DNA from: Felis catus
Lineage: Eukaryota
NCBI RefSeq assembly: GCF_018350175.1
Contig: NC_058368.1
Coordinates: 200,076,001 to 200,140,000 of the forward strand
Length of the DNA: 64,000 nucleotides
Reading direction: 5' to 3'
The notes under the pieces were generated by a model. That model made no database searches, had not been told where the DNA came from, and saw only the letters and a program-made list of their open reading frames with translations. Positions 12,989 to 25,580 of the stretch are shown piece by piece (position 1 is the stretch's first letter; each line of letters starts with the position of its first letter). The position numbers and the translations under genes are program-made.

Positions 12989-14367
12989 CTGTGAGAAAAA
13001 GACTTGGTCAGTACTTTCTGTTTTTATTTTTGAATCCCTTTTATTCAGTACCTCTTTCTAATTTCACTATTAGTTCAATTGAGGAATAAGTATATTTTTT
13101 GCCCATGTGATTTCTTCTTATGTTTTAGTACCCTTTCCTCTTCCTACTTGCTTTCTTTGATACTTTTGATACTTTTTTTTTTTTAATGTAAACTGTAAGT
13201 AAGTGTGCTGATCAGTAACCTTTCTCTTAATGCAGTATCTCTTAAAAAATCTTCCTTCAGGGTAATTGTGTCTTTTCTCCTTTATAACTGGTGTTCTGGC
13301 TTCTGATTAGGGAAGGACCCTGGCCTTTGTTTCTGCTTTCTTTCACATTGGAGATAAGATAATGAAGAGGGACATCACTGTCCCAGATGGGTTCTGGCTC
13401 TGGCTTCTGATTCTGCAAATGTCGGATTTTCACACAATTTCTCGCCCTCTCGGACAAAACCTCACAGAAATAGAACTTGATAGCTCTTGTGGCTTTCTCC
13501 ACTCCAGAAGGAGGAAAAAAAATCTATCTCTCACTATTCTCTTCCTTCTTCTCACTTTTATTTTTTTCAAAGTTGATATGCTTAGAAAGAAAATAATTTT
13601 ACTATGTTTCTCCAGAATTTTCAAAGGAGAATAGAGAGAAGCAGAAGTTAGAGAGGAATTCTGGGGCATTGGTTTTCTAAACACTTGGTAACACAAACCC
13701 CATAAAAGAAGTAAAAATTTTATAAGCTGAACCCTACTCTCTACTACGAAAGATATTATCTTGGAGAACTATAGCATTAGATTCTGAACATAATACTTGG
13801 GTTTACCTTCATTGGATATAGACAACTACTTCATCAATGTGACAGGGAATAAACACAGAATAATTAAAATTAACAAAGAATTCTCAAACTTTTGTCGTAG
13901 TCAATGTGTCAAGTTTCTCCCTACTGTTTTTCTTACAAGTATAGTTCACAAGTAGATCTGATTTTCATCTTTTTTTCCCCCTCCTAATCATATCTCATTC
14001 TCTTTAAAAGTTCCCTGAGTATGGGTGCTTGAGGCTATATGGTGATAATACTGTTTTCAATAGAGCTGCTTTGGAGAGTTATGTGGGCTGCTGATAAAAT
14101 CCATTTTCTAGAAAATAGATTCAGGTTTGCTTCCCCAAGATTGAATGACAGGGGTGCATCTATAGAGATTAAAGGATTGCAAAATTTGGTAATTCTGGGT
14201 TAGATGAGTCAATCTCTTTGGTTTCCTTTTCCTTTGTATTAAGTACTTTTTTAAAGGTGATAATTTCACTATTACTAGTTCAATTGGGGAAAAATAGATT
14301 TAATTTTTAATTTTTTGTCTCCACTGTTGCTTTTGCTTTAGTACCCCCTCTCTTATACCAAACGCGT

Positions 14368-14395
14368 GCACACACACACACACACACACACACAC
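14368..14395. repeat. (CA)n microsatellite
   Basis: Directly visible, preceded by cgcgtg. Confidence 0.95.
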
Positions 14396-15723
14396 CACTC
14401 AGGGATTTGAATTGCTTTAGGATTCAGATATTCATTTTCTTTCATCCAATTCTATCATTTTTTGGACCCTTCCAACTAGCAATGAGTGAGCCAAATATTT
14501 CAAAAATGCAGCTAGGAAAGTAAGACAGAAAAAAGAAACACCACCTTTTACTTATTTTCCCCCCATTTTCAACTTCCTGACAAATACAGGAGACAGTAGG
14601 AATGGTTAGGGAAATACATGCCGAACGTTATAATATTTGTATCACGTTATTTCTGTTCCCCTTGTGTTTGACAGGCTTTGTCATCTACTGGACTTCTCTT
14701 AATTTTCACTCTTTCCACAGGAAGTTTTTCTGGTTTATTTTTTTACAATTAATTCTACCTGACCTGACCTCAACACACCTTACTGGAAACATTCTTTTAG
14801 AGGAGAAAAAGAGGCAGCTTAGTTGGAGGCTGGTAGAAGTCACACTGAAATACCACTCGTTAAATCTGTATGGTTAAGAAGAGGCAGGAGTGGTCTTAGC
14901 TCACAACAGAACTTCCATATATTGTCATTTGTTTTTCCCACAAATCCAAATAAATTACTGTTTCCACTGTATATAATAGTTAACACTTCATTAGGCAACA
15001 TATGCAGAGCGTATCTCAGAAATATGGCCACAGTAGTAAAGTTGCATCCTAAAAGTGCATTCTATTTGTTTTAGGGATTAAAAAAAAATTAATACTAAGT
15101 CTTCCACAGTAGGGTATTTCTAGAGGCTTTTAAAAATTCATAATACACAATGCTTGAATAGTGGATATTAGATGTTACAAGGTACCTGTAATGTTGAATA
15201 AATGCTAACCGGGATGTTTTATGATCAAATACAGAAGTCATATGATGAAATCACTATTTTACACTTTGGCCAACCCAAAGTTTATACTTGGCAAGCATTT
15301 TAAAAAGATTTGCTTCTGGTTGAACACACTGTTTTCTTGTTTTAATAATTATTCCAGAAGTCTGACTTATTTATATTAAGGCCATTAACCTGTTTAGTTG
15401 CTACCTCATTAAGAACTATATAAGTATTAAGTATCTTCACTTAGAGTTATATAAGTATTGATATATTGCAAATAAAGTAATTTAAGGAGAAACTAAGAAA
15501 TTAAGGTACACAAGAATTGTACCTAAAACAGATACGGGCTCTGTTTGCGTTCACAGGCAGTTTAAAAGAAGCAGGAAACACTACACATTTATCTGCTTGC
15601 TTGGGTTTCATCATGTGGTAAGTACAAGGTGAGTAATAGCTGTCACAGATGAATAGGATGAGAACTAAAACAGCACTAGGTATCAGAGTGCACATACACA
15701 TATTCACTAGGTGAGTAAAATTG

Positions 15724-15805
15724 TATTAGGTTGAAGCACATGAAATTGCCATTTTTATTGGTCAGAAGCAGCAGAGCATTGGCAATTTCATATGATTCAC
15801 CCTTA
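15724..15805. mobile_element. MADE2-like mariner-derived MITE (~80 bp palindrome)
   Basis: Inverted termini aggttgaagcacatgaaattgcc ... ggcaatttcatatgattcaccct match my recall of the MADE2 consensus. Confidence 0.75.
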
Positions 15806-16360
15806 GATCTTTCAGAACAAAAAAAGACCTTGAAAATAATTCATTCCAAGTTTTCTTAGTCTGGGGTTAAATTCAGTTGATAGTTTGGGGGAGTCTATGA
15901 TGTGCCAAGTACTGTTATAGTAACTGGGAATATAGACATGGACAAGACTAGTCCTTTGCCCTCAAGGATATATTACATTTCAGCGGGAAAGCCTGACAAT
16001 GTAGAATACATTGTCACTACTGAATTGAATGCAGAGCTTTCTGTCTTATGTTTACATATGCATTTGTCTGGAGGGAGAGTTCACTGAATACATGGAAGTG
16101 GTTTATGATCAAGAGATTAAGAACCAGTAACCTATTCCACCAGCTCATGTGATAGATGGAGAAGCCAAAGCACAGACACTGACTGATTTGTTCATTGCCA
16201 TGTAGTTCATTCATTAGTGGCTGACTTAGGATCAGCACCCAGGCATCCTGGGGTTGCTCTCAGTTGCTCCTGTACACTGTAGGGGAGATGATCTATGATT
16301 TTTCATTTATTTTCTGTATTTATTCTCTTTTTCAGAGTACCTACATACTATTATCTAAAA

Positions 16361-16540
16361 TATTTATTTATTTTTGAGAGAGAACAAGTGAGGGAGGGGC
16401 GGAGAGAGAGAAGGAGACAGAGAATCCCAATCTGACAGTGCAGAGCCGGACCTGGGGCTCAAACTCACAAGCCGTGAGATAATGACCTGAGCTGAAATCA
16501 AGAGTCAGATGCCTGACTGACTGAGCCACCCAGGTGCCCC
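16361..16540 (-). mobile_element. CanSINE
   Basis: Antisense SINE (tttatttatttttgagag ... ctgagccacccaggtgcccc) with a short internal deletion. Confidence 0.93.
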
Positions 16541-16979
16541 TTACCTACCATTTTGACTCAACAAATTCATTTCAAACGTTGAGTATCTGGTCTGAGAGAT
16601 TTCAGTTTGTTTAAACCCTCAGGCTACAGTTGCCACATCTGTAGAATGAGGAGAACAAGTCATAAATGACAGATTATTGTGAGGATTAAATGAGATCATT
16701 TACACACACATACCTCCTCCCTCTCCCATTACTTCCTATAATGGTTTTCAGATGATAAGCATGTCATCCATTATTATTAGTATTAGTATTAGTATTCTGT
16801 TTAAGATTTTATAAAGCATGGCCTTTATTGCTAGTTCCCAGGTTCTAAAAAAGTCACTTCCTCTGTCTTCACCAGACTATTATGTAAATGGCAGCTATTA
16901 GGCTTTCCCTTAATTCTGAGGAGATGCAAAAGGGGATACTGACTGACTATATAGAGCTGCTTATAGTATACAGAGCTCT

Positions 16980-17170
16980 ATTATAGTATAGAGCATGTTC
17001 TCTGGAGCTTGATTGCCTGAGTTCAAATCCTGGCTCTACCACTTATGTGATCTGGGGCCAGTTACACAGATTTTCTGCATCTTGGTTTCCGCCTATGTAG
17101 AATGGTGTTAATCATGTAGATACTTCATAGAGCTGTTATGAGGGTTAAATGGCTGAATATGTGTTACAGC
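16980..17170 (+). mobile_element. MIR
   Basis: gcctgagttcaaatcctggctctaccactta and cttcatagagctgttatgagggttaaatg. Confidence 0.7.
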
Positions 17171-17732
17171 AATGCTGCGAGGTGGAGATTATTACGCTTG
17201 TTTTAAAAAACTGGCTAAGACAATTTAAGAGGGTTGACTAAAGTTTGCATTGCTATGTGTGGCAGAGCTATTTGAACTCAGAGTCAGCGCTTCTTCAATG
17301 TCTCCTCAAGGTCATTAAAAAAAACCAAGTAGATGGGGGAGGACCTGGTGTGTGCTCTCTCCTCAGCATGGTCTTCTACAAGTCTTTGTCCTCCTGGAGA
17401 GGAGTAAGAGATACTGCCCAGATTCCCTCTCTTCACTGGCATTCAGCCAACCCTCTATTGACCCAACAAACACCTTGAGTGCTTAAATATGTACACCTAG
17501 TGATGTCTTTTGCTATCCTATTTGTGACTACCTCAAATGCCAGGTTTCTACAAAGTTATAAATTCCCTGAGAGCATCCTATGTGTCTTTGTTACTACTAA
17601 CAGTGTTTTACACAATGCCAGGCACACGGTAGATTCTCAAAAAACTATACAGCTGTTTCACATATTTTTTAAATACTTTCTTCTCTGTGCCTTTATATGT
17701 TGTCTAAATTTTGTATAATAAGCATGTGGTGA

Positions 17733-17931
17733 TTTTTATTTATTTATTTTTGAGAGAGAGAGACAGAGTGCGAGCAGAGGAGGGGCAGAGAGGGAAACAC
17801 AGAATCTGAAACAGACTCCAGGCTCTGAGCTGTCAGCACAAAGCCTGATGCACGGCTCGAACTCATGAATCGAGAGATCATGACCTCAGCCTAAGTCAGA
17901 CACTTAACTGAGTGAGCCACTCAGATGCCCC
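17733..17931 (-). mobile_element. CanSINE (SINEC_Fc-type)
   Basis: Antisense SINE. TSD agcatgtggtga / agcatatggtaa. Confidence 0.95.
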
Positions 17932-20207
17932 AGCATATGGTAAGTTTTTAATTTAAAAAATAATTAAGCTTTTTTTTAACCTATAAAAAACATGTAGATT
18001 GATCTGTTGGTGACTTGCCATATCTGTCACTTTGAAATCCATCCTTTGTCTTTGGCGAGCTGGGGTATGTGGCTGTCCTTGCCCAAGGGATCCTGATTGA
18101 TCTTCTCTGGTGGCAACAGGGCTCAGCCCCCTCCTTCCTGCAGGATAAAGGAAACCTTGGAAGAGAGGTAAGATCAGGAAGGCCCTGGAGGCCAGCTGTT
18201 TTCCCACAGTCTTTTCCTCAGTCTCTGACCCAGAGTGAATCCTCTCTGATCTCTACACCTAGTGTTCCAGAATTGTTTTCCAAACAAAGAACAGACCACA
18301 TAAAGTCTGTGACCCCAGGTTTATTAATACTGAAGAGACAAGTAAAGGGAAACCAGGTCATCTGTGGCATTCTGTGAACAAAATATTTCGTAGAGAAAGC
18401 TATGTCTTGTATGAGAAGGTAGATAGTGAGGAAGGGGGCAAATTCCTTGTGATGTTTTTCTTACTCTATTCCTTTTGGAAACTCTCTCAACCTGCAGGCA
18501 GTGACAAGGTTGATGGCAAAAAGACCTCTAAGGATTTCAGAATAAATACTTAGACACCAACTGAGAATGTAAGTTATCTATATATTACTGAAGAAAAAGG
18601 ATATGTGTATTTTCTACTACCTTGGTCATTTTGTATTTCAAAGAAGAGATACTTTTAGATTTCCTTAGGTCTAGTCACTCAAATGTTTCCATTGAAGTGT
18701 CCCTACATGGCAGAGGAGTAAGAATGTATATTTTTAGTCTTTAGAGGAGCTTGCTTTGGGAGTATATTCTCAAGCAGCATATAGGAAATTTGAAAATTGT
18801 TTTGTGTTCTGTTATTTTAGAAACTCATATAAACTTTTATTTCAATCTTAAGACAGATGTTCCAGAAAGATGCATCAGGCTTTTTATTTGCCTTGGATTA
18901 CCCTTTATTTTTCAGCATGTACCAATATGCATTTCTGTTTATTGCTGTTTAAGAAACATGGTCTTAGCTGATGGAGGTTTTGTTTTGTTTTGTTTGCTTT
19001 TGTTTTGTTTTGTTTTGATTTGTTTTTTGTTTCCTAGGATAAACAGGGACAAACCCCTCCCACAGAAGACTTATATATGGACTTGTTTCAGAGTCACTCT
19101 GGACCCTCTCTAGCTTGTGGAGTCCTAAATTATTTGACACTGACATGTTTTTAAAGGAGAAATTGCTTTCAGTCACTCTGCTCAGGAGGGGCTAATGTGC
19201 ATTGTAAATATTTTATGGTGTTTTTATGTGCTGAATATCTAATTACTAGTATTTAACATATAATATTTACATCATTCTATATACTATCTGACAAATAATC
19301 AGAACTTAAAATGTTCAATGTGTTTGAATTATCCTCTAAATTGGTAAGAATCATCATAATGTGAACTGATATGTGGAAGAAAGAAACAGGAGTGGTGGGT
19401 TTTATAATTAAAAGGGACTAACATCCCCGTAAGAATAGACTCAAGACCAGGAAAAGAAAAAACTGAGAAGATCTTGTCACTCCATCACATTTAGGAGGAT
19501 TAAGAAGGCCTAGGAAAAAGGATAAGTCACATCATGGAGAAAACCCCTACCAGTGTGATGGGTCATTTCAGTTACATGTGCCTGTTTGGTTATTAGGCAT
19601 ATATTAAAAATATAATTTAAAGCAGAAAAGTCATGGAATTATCAATATGAGAGCTAGAAGTTACTTCAAGCATCTATGATGTTTCATCATTGTACATATC
19701 ATCTCCATATCATAGTTGGGCAATGGAGGTAAAGAGAGTTGCCCAAGTTCATGTGACTGACAAGTGGTAACACAGAGATCATCACCCAGGTTTCCTGAAT
19801 CCTAGTGTAGAATTCTTCCAGTTTACACTCTATTGTTTCCCATGAGTCACACAGTTGTAGTGTGATTAGCATCTTCTGGGTGGTGACTCAAGCATTTTGT
19901 TTAAAAAAAAAAACAGACAACTTTAAGTATTATGGTCAATTTAACTAACGGAGACAGGAATATTGCAACCAGGATACTTATTCCCACTTATTAACTATCT
20001 TAGGCTTCAATTTGGAGAGACTCATACTTTAAATGAATGAATCATCCAGGGCCCAATTTAATGAAAATGCTATAGTCCCAGAGAATATTTGCATATGGAA
20101 TTATTTTAGCAGTCTAATTTTAAACAGCTGGGACTCATTTGTTAAGCTGTGGTCTATTCCACTTTTTGAAAAGAATGATACGTAGGTTTTTTTTTTTTTT
20201 CTTGCAG

Positions 20208-20326
20208 ACGTAGAACTTTCTAGAAGGTCTGAATGAATACACCCTCCCCTACTTGAAACTTCAGGACAGCTGGCAGCTTAGGCCTTTTGTCCTCCATCTG
20301 TGTCCAGCTATTAGAGTTGTGCTGTG
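20208..20326 (+). other. Candidate non-coding/UTR exon (splice signals only)
   Basis: T-run plus cttgcag| acceptor and GTG|gtaagt donor, enclosing 119 nt. All three frames contain a stop. Confidence 0.3.
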
Positions 20327-20619
20327 GTAAGTAACTTTTTCAAGACTTAGGGCCTGGCTGCCTTCCAGGATCCCATTGTTTATGACCTTCCTTTAATGTT
20401 CTATTTTTATAATTACAGATGTTATTGAATTGAATCAAGAACCCAGGTGTGCTACCTCTTTCAGGCCCATGTCATCTTAAAGGTCCAAGATCTACAGGCT
20501 AGTTGGAACAGATGAGTAGAGGAAGAAGGAAAGAATATTTATTGTTTTGACTCCAAAATATGGTGGCAAAACTTTGCAAAATACAGAAGGTTAAAAGATT
20601 GCCACAATATCTTGACAGT

Positions 20620-20860
20620 TTTGTTGTGGTTTGTTTTACATACCACTGCATGTTGTATGTAGACAGATTCATATTTATGAGAAGCAGAGAATGGCCCACC
20701 CTGACTCCTCACCTTGATCTTATCAGACAGCATCTGACAAATGAAACAACAGGAAGTTTTGCTGGAAGCTGTTGCTGGCTGGGGTTAAACGCAAGCAGTG
20801 AGTGGTCTAGAAATGTTATAATACTTGGCATTGACCAATATTGCCACCACAGTGTGGTAA
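20620..20860. promoter_or_regulatory. Candidate enhancer: RUNX/GATA/E-box/ETS motif cluster
   Basis: TGTGGTTT 20625, CTTATC 20719, CATCTG 20731, CAAATG 20738, ACAGGAAGT 20749, CCAAT 20835 and the palindromic ACCACA-G-TGTGGT at 20846-20858, all in unique sequence. Confidence 0.35.
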
Positions 20861-20870
20861 ATTCCAGAAT

Positions 20871-20874
<4 letters not shown>

Positions 20875-20925
<51 letters not shown>
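20875..20925. repeat. (TA)n microsatellite
   Basis: Directly visible. Confidence 0.97.
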
Positions 20926-20928
<3 letters not shown>

Positions 20929-21372
20929 AAAGTAAACCTCTGGGTTTGGGTATTTCTCTTACTCTATTCCTGGGAAAGTGTCCCTGGTCTGACACGGTAC
21001 ATTGTATTCCAGCTTATAATATTCAGGTGTACAACCAAATCCTTTTGCAAAGAGGGGGGGATAATGGAGTACAATATAGTCATGGTTTAATACAAGCAAG
21101 CTTTCACTAATAAATGTTTAGGCACAGGTTAAAGTACAAATGAAGTTTTTTCAGGTGCTGTCTGCTATTCCTTTACTTTAAGACCCTGACTTTTAGGGCT
21201 TAGGTTTATCTGGATAGAACGAGCAGCTCTGAATCATTCATTCATCTGTTCATCAAGTCTCTACTGAATGCTATGCCCTGTGTCAGGCAACCAAAATTGG
21301 GAGAATGTGACAGAACTCCTGATGATATGGATCTTATAGAAAAGCTATTGATTTTAATCTGCTCTCTAAATC

Positions 21373-21785
21373 AATCTTTCTCAACCAGTTCCTTAAGAGA
21401 ATTAACTGTACAGACAATGAGTTAAGTGACTATTAAAAATTTTTTTTAACGTTTATTCATTTTAGAGAAGAGAAAGACAAAGACAGAGACAGAAAATGAG
21501 CAGGGGAGGGACAGAGAGAGAAGGAGACACCGAATCTGAAGCAGGTCCAAGCTGTCAGCACAGAGCCTAATGCAGGGCTCAAACTCACCAACCTCAAGAT
21601 CATGACCTGAGCCAAAGTTGAACGCTTAAGCTACTGAGCCATCCAGCTGCCCCTGACTATTTTTATAATTCTTCCAAGGATGGAAGTAGTTGGTATCATT
21701 CCAGATGCATAGTAGATAACTTAATTCATCACATACAATGAATGCCTTAGGCATTAGCTTAATTGACCTTGGTTGATGAGAGTTT
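21373..21785. mobile_element. hAT-Charlie MITE (MER112-like), split by a CanSINE
   Basis: Termini ctttctcaaccag...ggttga(t)gagag. The internal ccaaggatgg...tagttggtatcattccagatgcatag resembles MER112. Confidence 0.5.
21435..21653 (-). mobile_element. CanSINE (SINEC_Fc-type)
   Basis: Antisense SINE. TSD tgactatt. Confidence 0.93.
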
Positions 21786-21921
21786 CTCAAAAGGAATAAG
21801 GTCTTGTCTTCTTAAAGCCCCCACTACAACATTGGTTGTATGAGGAGACAACATTACTAGTAATTAGAAGATTCACAATACTCTCTACCCTCCCCCCCCC
21901 CCGACAACCAGCCTTGAGGAG

Positions 21922-21926
<5 letters not shown>

Positions 21927-21973
<47 letters not shown>
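21927..21973. repeat. (CA)n microsatellite
   Basis: Directly visible. Confidence 0.97.
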
Positions 21974-21975
<2 letters not shown>

Positions 21976-22473
21976 GTCAGTAGGTTATCTCAAGAAAAAT
22001 AACTCCTAGTGTTGAGAAAGTTGGATAAATATTTAATGGGAGAAGAAGATGCCAATTTGTGATTGGTACTTGGGTAGTTTGCCTGGGAAGGAAGAACATA
22101 ACGCAGCTGAGAGTTTCTGAGGACTAAAGAAAGGTGAGGACCAGGCATTTAATAGGAATGACTGTGAATGTACAATGTACAAGAATCCTTTGAATGTTTT
22201 TGAGACATGCAAGTAAAGATGTAAGTAAATGGAATCCCCATTTTGCTCCTGCTTATTTGAAGACAACACCTTTCTTGGCCTAGACTACATGGATTTGGGT
22301 TTTGGTTGGGTTATATTCTTGTGATCTCAGGTACAACTTCTCACCAGTTGGCTGAAGTGTCTGTGATCTGACTCTTGGGTACTTGGACTTTATTCAGATA
22401 GGTTCCCTACCTCTTATATTTTAGACCCTGTATCCTGGATCCACCTCTTTATTTCTCCTTTCTGTTCCTTCAG

Positions 22474-23065
22474 TGTATTCATCAGCATTCTTCTTAGAGA
22501 CAGAACCAATAGGATATACATATATATAATTAAGCATTTAATACATTTTATATGTACATGTAAATTATACATATAATTTACATACACACATTTAACTATT
22601 ACATATGTATATATACATATATCAGAAGTCCTATTTCTATATCTTTATATATGTGTATATGGATATATATATTGAGATACATAGATTTATTGTAAGGAAT
22701 CTGTGGTTCATGTAATTACAGAGGCTGAGAAGTCCACATGAGACACAAGAGAGCCAATGGTATACTTTCAGTCTCAGTTCAAAGCCTCGAGAAGCAGAAA
22801 AGTATAATTTCTAGTCTGAGTCCAAATCCAAGGGTAGGAGACCAAAGTCTCAGCTCAAAAATAGTGAGGCAGAGAGTAAATTCTCCTATACTCCTTTTGT
22901 TCTATTCAGGTGTCCAATGTATTGGATGATGCCCACCCACTGATGTCCAGCAACTCAAATGTTAATCTCATCTGTAAACACCCTCACAGAAACACCTGAA
23001 TAACTAACCAAATATCTGGGTACAGTGTGAGCCAATCAAATTGACAAATAAAATTAATTGTCACA
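22474..23065 (-). mobile_element. ERVL solo LTR (MLT2-like) with TA-rich internal tract
   Basis: TG...CA termini. gagacagaaccaataggatat, agatttattgtaaggaat...gaggctgagaagtcc and caatcaaattgacaaataaaattaattgtcaca are characteristic antisense MLT2. Confidence 0.85.
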
Positions 23066-24529
23066 CTCTGTCAATTCTTTAAGTGGCTCTGTTGCCTATA
23101 CTTGTACTTTTTTCTTCAGCCTTTCTATTCAATTTCCTTCTGATAAACCACCCCTCTGTCCCAAAAATACATGTGTATAAGACATATATGTTTCTCATAT
23201 TTCTATTCTGAAGAAGCACTAAATTGAAAACTATGTTTATCTTTTTATCTTATTCAGGTACTCATATTATGTAGTTGATGATGAGCCCCATTGACTTACT
23301 ATTTTAGGCTGCATATTTATATGGTAACATAGACTCCACCCTCATTCTATCCCTTTTTCTCTCGCTCCTGCATATTATCAGGCTCTCTCCTAGTGTAACT
23401 CCTCAATTTATAGTGATTTTGGCCAGGGGCAAGAGACTTACCCACGCAGGACAAGAAGCATGTGTCTGTATGGACTGCTGTATACGATTAAACTGTTGGA
23501 CCTTTTTCAGGGTCTTTATCTGTGCACTGCTGTGTCTGTGATCCTCAAAATCCTGACTTGTTTTGTGAATGAAAGAGAAAATATTTCAATTTTGTATTTT
23601 ACTTTTCCACCTTAAAAAGAACTAATAGCTTAATTTTCCTTTACATTCATCTCCAAATTTTACACTGTTCATCTGCCTAAACTTGATGGATCTGTTTGCC
23701 ACAGAAAATGTGAGAAAAGAAGAAACATTGATAATTTCTAAATAGGTTCTCAAACACTTATTAATTGTTGGGTGTGACCAGGGTCTTACCTTTGAGTGTA
23801 AAAAATGTAGGATGAAGAAGTGGAGAGTTTTCATCCAGAGGGGCTAAAATTATTATTGTGTATTAAAAAAACATACCACTCTGTTCTTCTATCTTATTAA
23901 ATGAAAACAAGATCAATCATTTATTGGAGTGATCACTATATTATCAAAACTCTTGAAGAACCTGCTCAACTAAGCATCAAATATATTAGGTAGAAGAACT
24001 TTATGACAGAAAATACTTTAAAAAGATGAGCATTTAATATCTCAGAAACCTTGGTTTCTGTGTTAGATTAAGACACATTTTGTTGGTTAGAATAAGTGAA
24101 AACAAATGTTCAAGGCATTTGTGTGTGTGTGTGTATGTGTGTGTGTGCATGTGTATGTGTGCATGCACATATGTATTTTAACTGAACATAGGAATAAGCA
24201 CATTCATTAGGAATTTGAACACTATCTCAAAGCTTTTAAATAAATTTATTCAAAAAGTAGATCCTTTGACTTTGTCAATTTCAATCATTTCCATCATTCA
24301 AACGAGGGCTATTTAAACTTAGTTATGGTCACCTGCTCCATGCAGATGTCCTTAGCTCCTTGCTGCTTCTCTCCCAACAGTACCTCATCTCCAGTGCACA
24401 GGATCCTCTACTGAACTCTTCTTTTCCATTAGGAGTGGCCAGCAGTGTGTAAATCACACATATGTCTGAGATATTCAGGTTACTTAGACCTCTGATAAAA
24501 TTATATTATATATAATTTTGTATGCATAA

Positions 24530-25580
24530 GCACAAAACCCCAGACTTCAAATTCAATTTAGAGACATTATTAGGTGGGTGACTGTTGAAAGTTAGTTTCC
24601 CCAGAAAGGAGATTTAGTGAGGCGTGGAGTCAGAATCAGCAGAAATAAATGAAGGGCAATAATGAATCAGCAGCAATAAATGAAGGGTGTAGGGCAGAGG
24701 GAAAACTTGGACCTCACTGAAGCCTCAGCAAAGGCCTCAGCCAATCCATTGGTGGCACTTGAACTGGGATGACTCTGCATAGCACTTCTGACTTGGGTAA
24801 GGGGTGACCAGGTCTTTATGCTCCTATGTGAACCACCTGTTGAATGTGTGTTGCTCTTGAGAAGGAGGAATCACATTGAACAAGTTGGGTCTCTTCCCTT
24901 AAGGACAATCTCTGGAGCAGACTCAGCTTGCAGTGTCAGAATTTGTAGAAATAAAGGCTTCATTCCTGAAGAAAGACCTAGGTAGTTCACCATAGTTCAC
25001 CAGTTGAACTACTCAGATACACCTAGTTCATATGAATTTGGGGAACACCTCCTTTGGCGTTCTGGTTAATGTTTCTACCATTGCAGTGAATCCTGAGACT
25101 CCAACTGATATTTCCCCCCTGTCTACTATTCATTCTAGATTCCTCTCATCCTTGGCTTGTATCTCTGCTACTCTATGTTGATTAACCAGTAGGGTTAGCC
25201 AGGCTCTCCTTCCTGACAGGTTTGAATGCCAGATCACTATGGTCCTTTCAGGCTGTTGCTGATACACTTGTCCAATTATCATCACAATTGCACAAGAGAA
25301 TGCTAAAAGATGATCAGGATGGCTGGTTGATAAACACATTCTTTCCTGCCCTCATTGTGTAACAACAGTTCTTGTTGACTAGGATAAAATACCTCTGCAG
25401 GATGATGACTTATTTCCATGACTGCTGTGTCCTGAAACCTGGAGTATGAGTGACCAGAAGGAAGCTGTAGTTTAAATTTTGATGAAGTGTTTTCTACAGA
25501 GCCCACATTAAGGGGACAAGAAGCACAAATTCTCCAAACAAATGACTGTAAGTGACAGTAAGTGATGGGGGGAGGCACTC
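24530..25580 (-). mobile_element. MaLR LTR (MLT1G/H-like) plus adjoining internal sequence
   Basis: aggcctcagccaatcc...gaactgggatgactctgca and cttcattcctgaag are MLT1 LTR-like. gaagcacaaattctccaaacaaatgactgtaagtgacagtaagtg resembles MLT1-int. Confidence 0.5.

Noticed and set aside
19530..19562. HHGENPYQCDG peptide resembling a C2H2 zinc-finger linker
   Set aside because: No flanking C-x2-C/H-x3-H finger pattern and no 84-bp periodicity; probably chance.
20560..21090. Longest ORF in the track (176 aa)
   Set aside because: It reads through a (TA)n microsatellite (YIYIYI), resembles no protein I know and has no coding-like composition.
23790..23843. 54-nt minus-strand mini-exon (ttttag| ... 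AAG|gtaaga)
   Set aside because: The polypyrimidine tract is weak and the peptides are unrecognised; such signals are common by chance in AT-rich DNA.
24633..24688. Short two-copy tandem repeats (also ~2490-2545, ~7610-7660, ~41163-41203, ~48088-48130) as an array or CRISPR-like structure
   Set aside because: Two copies each with no unique spacers, in a mammalian context; these are ordinary slippage duplications.
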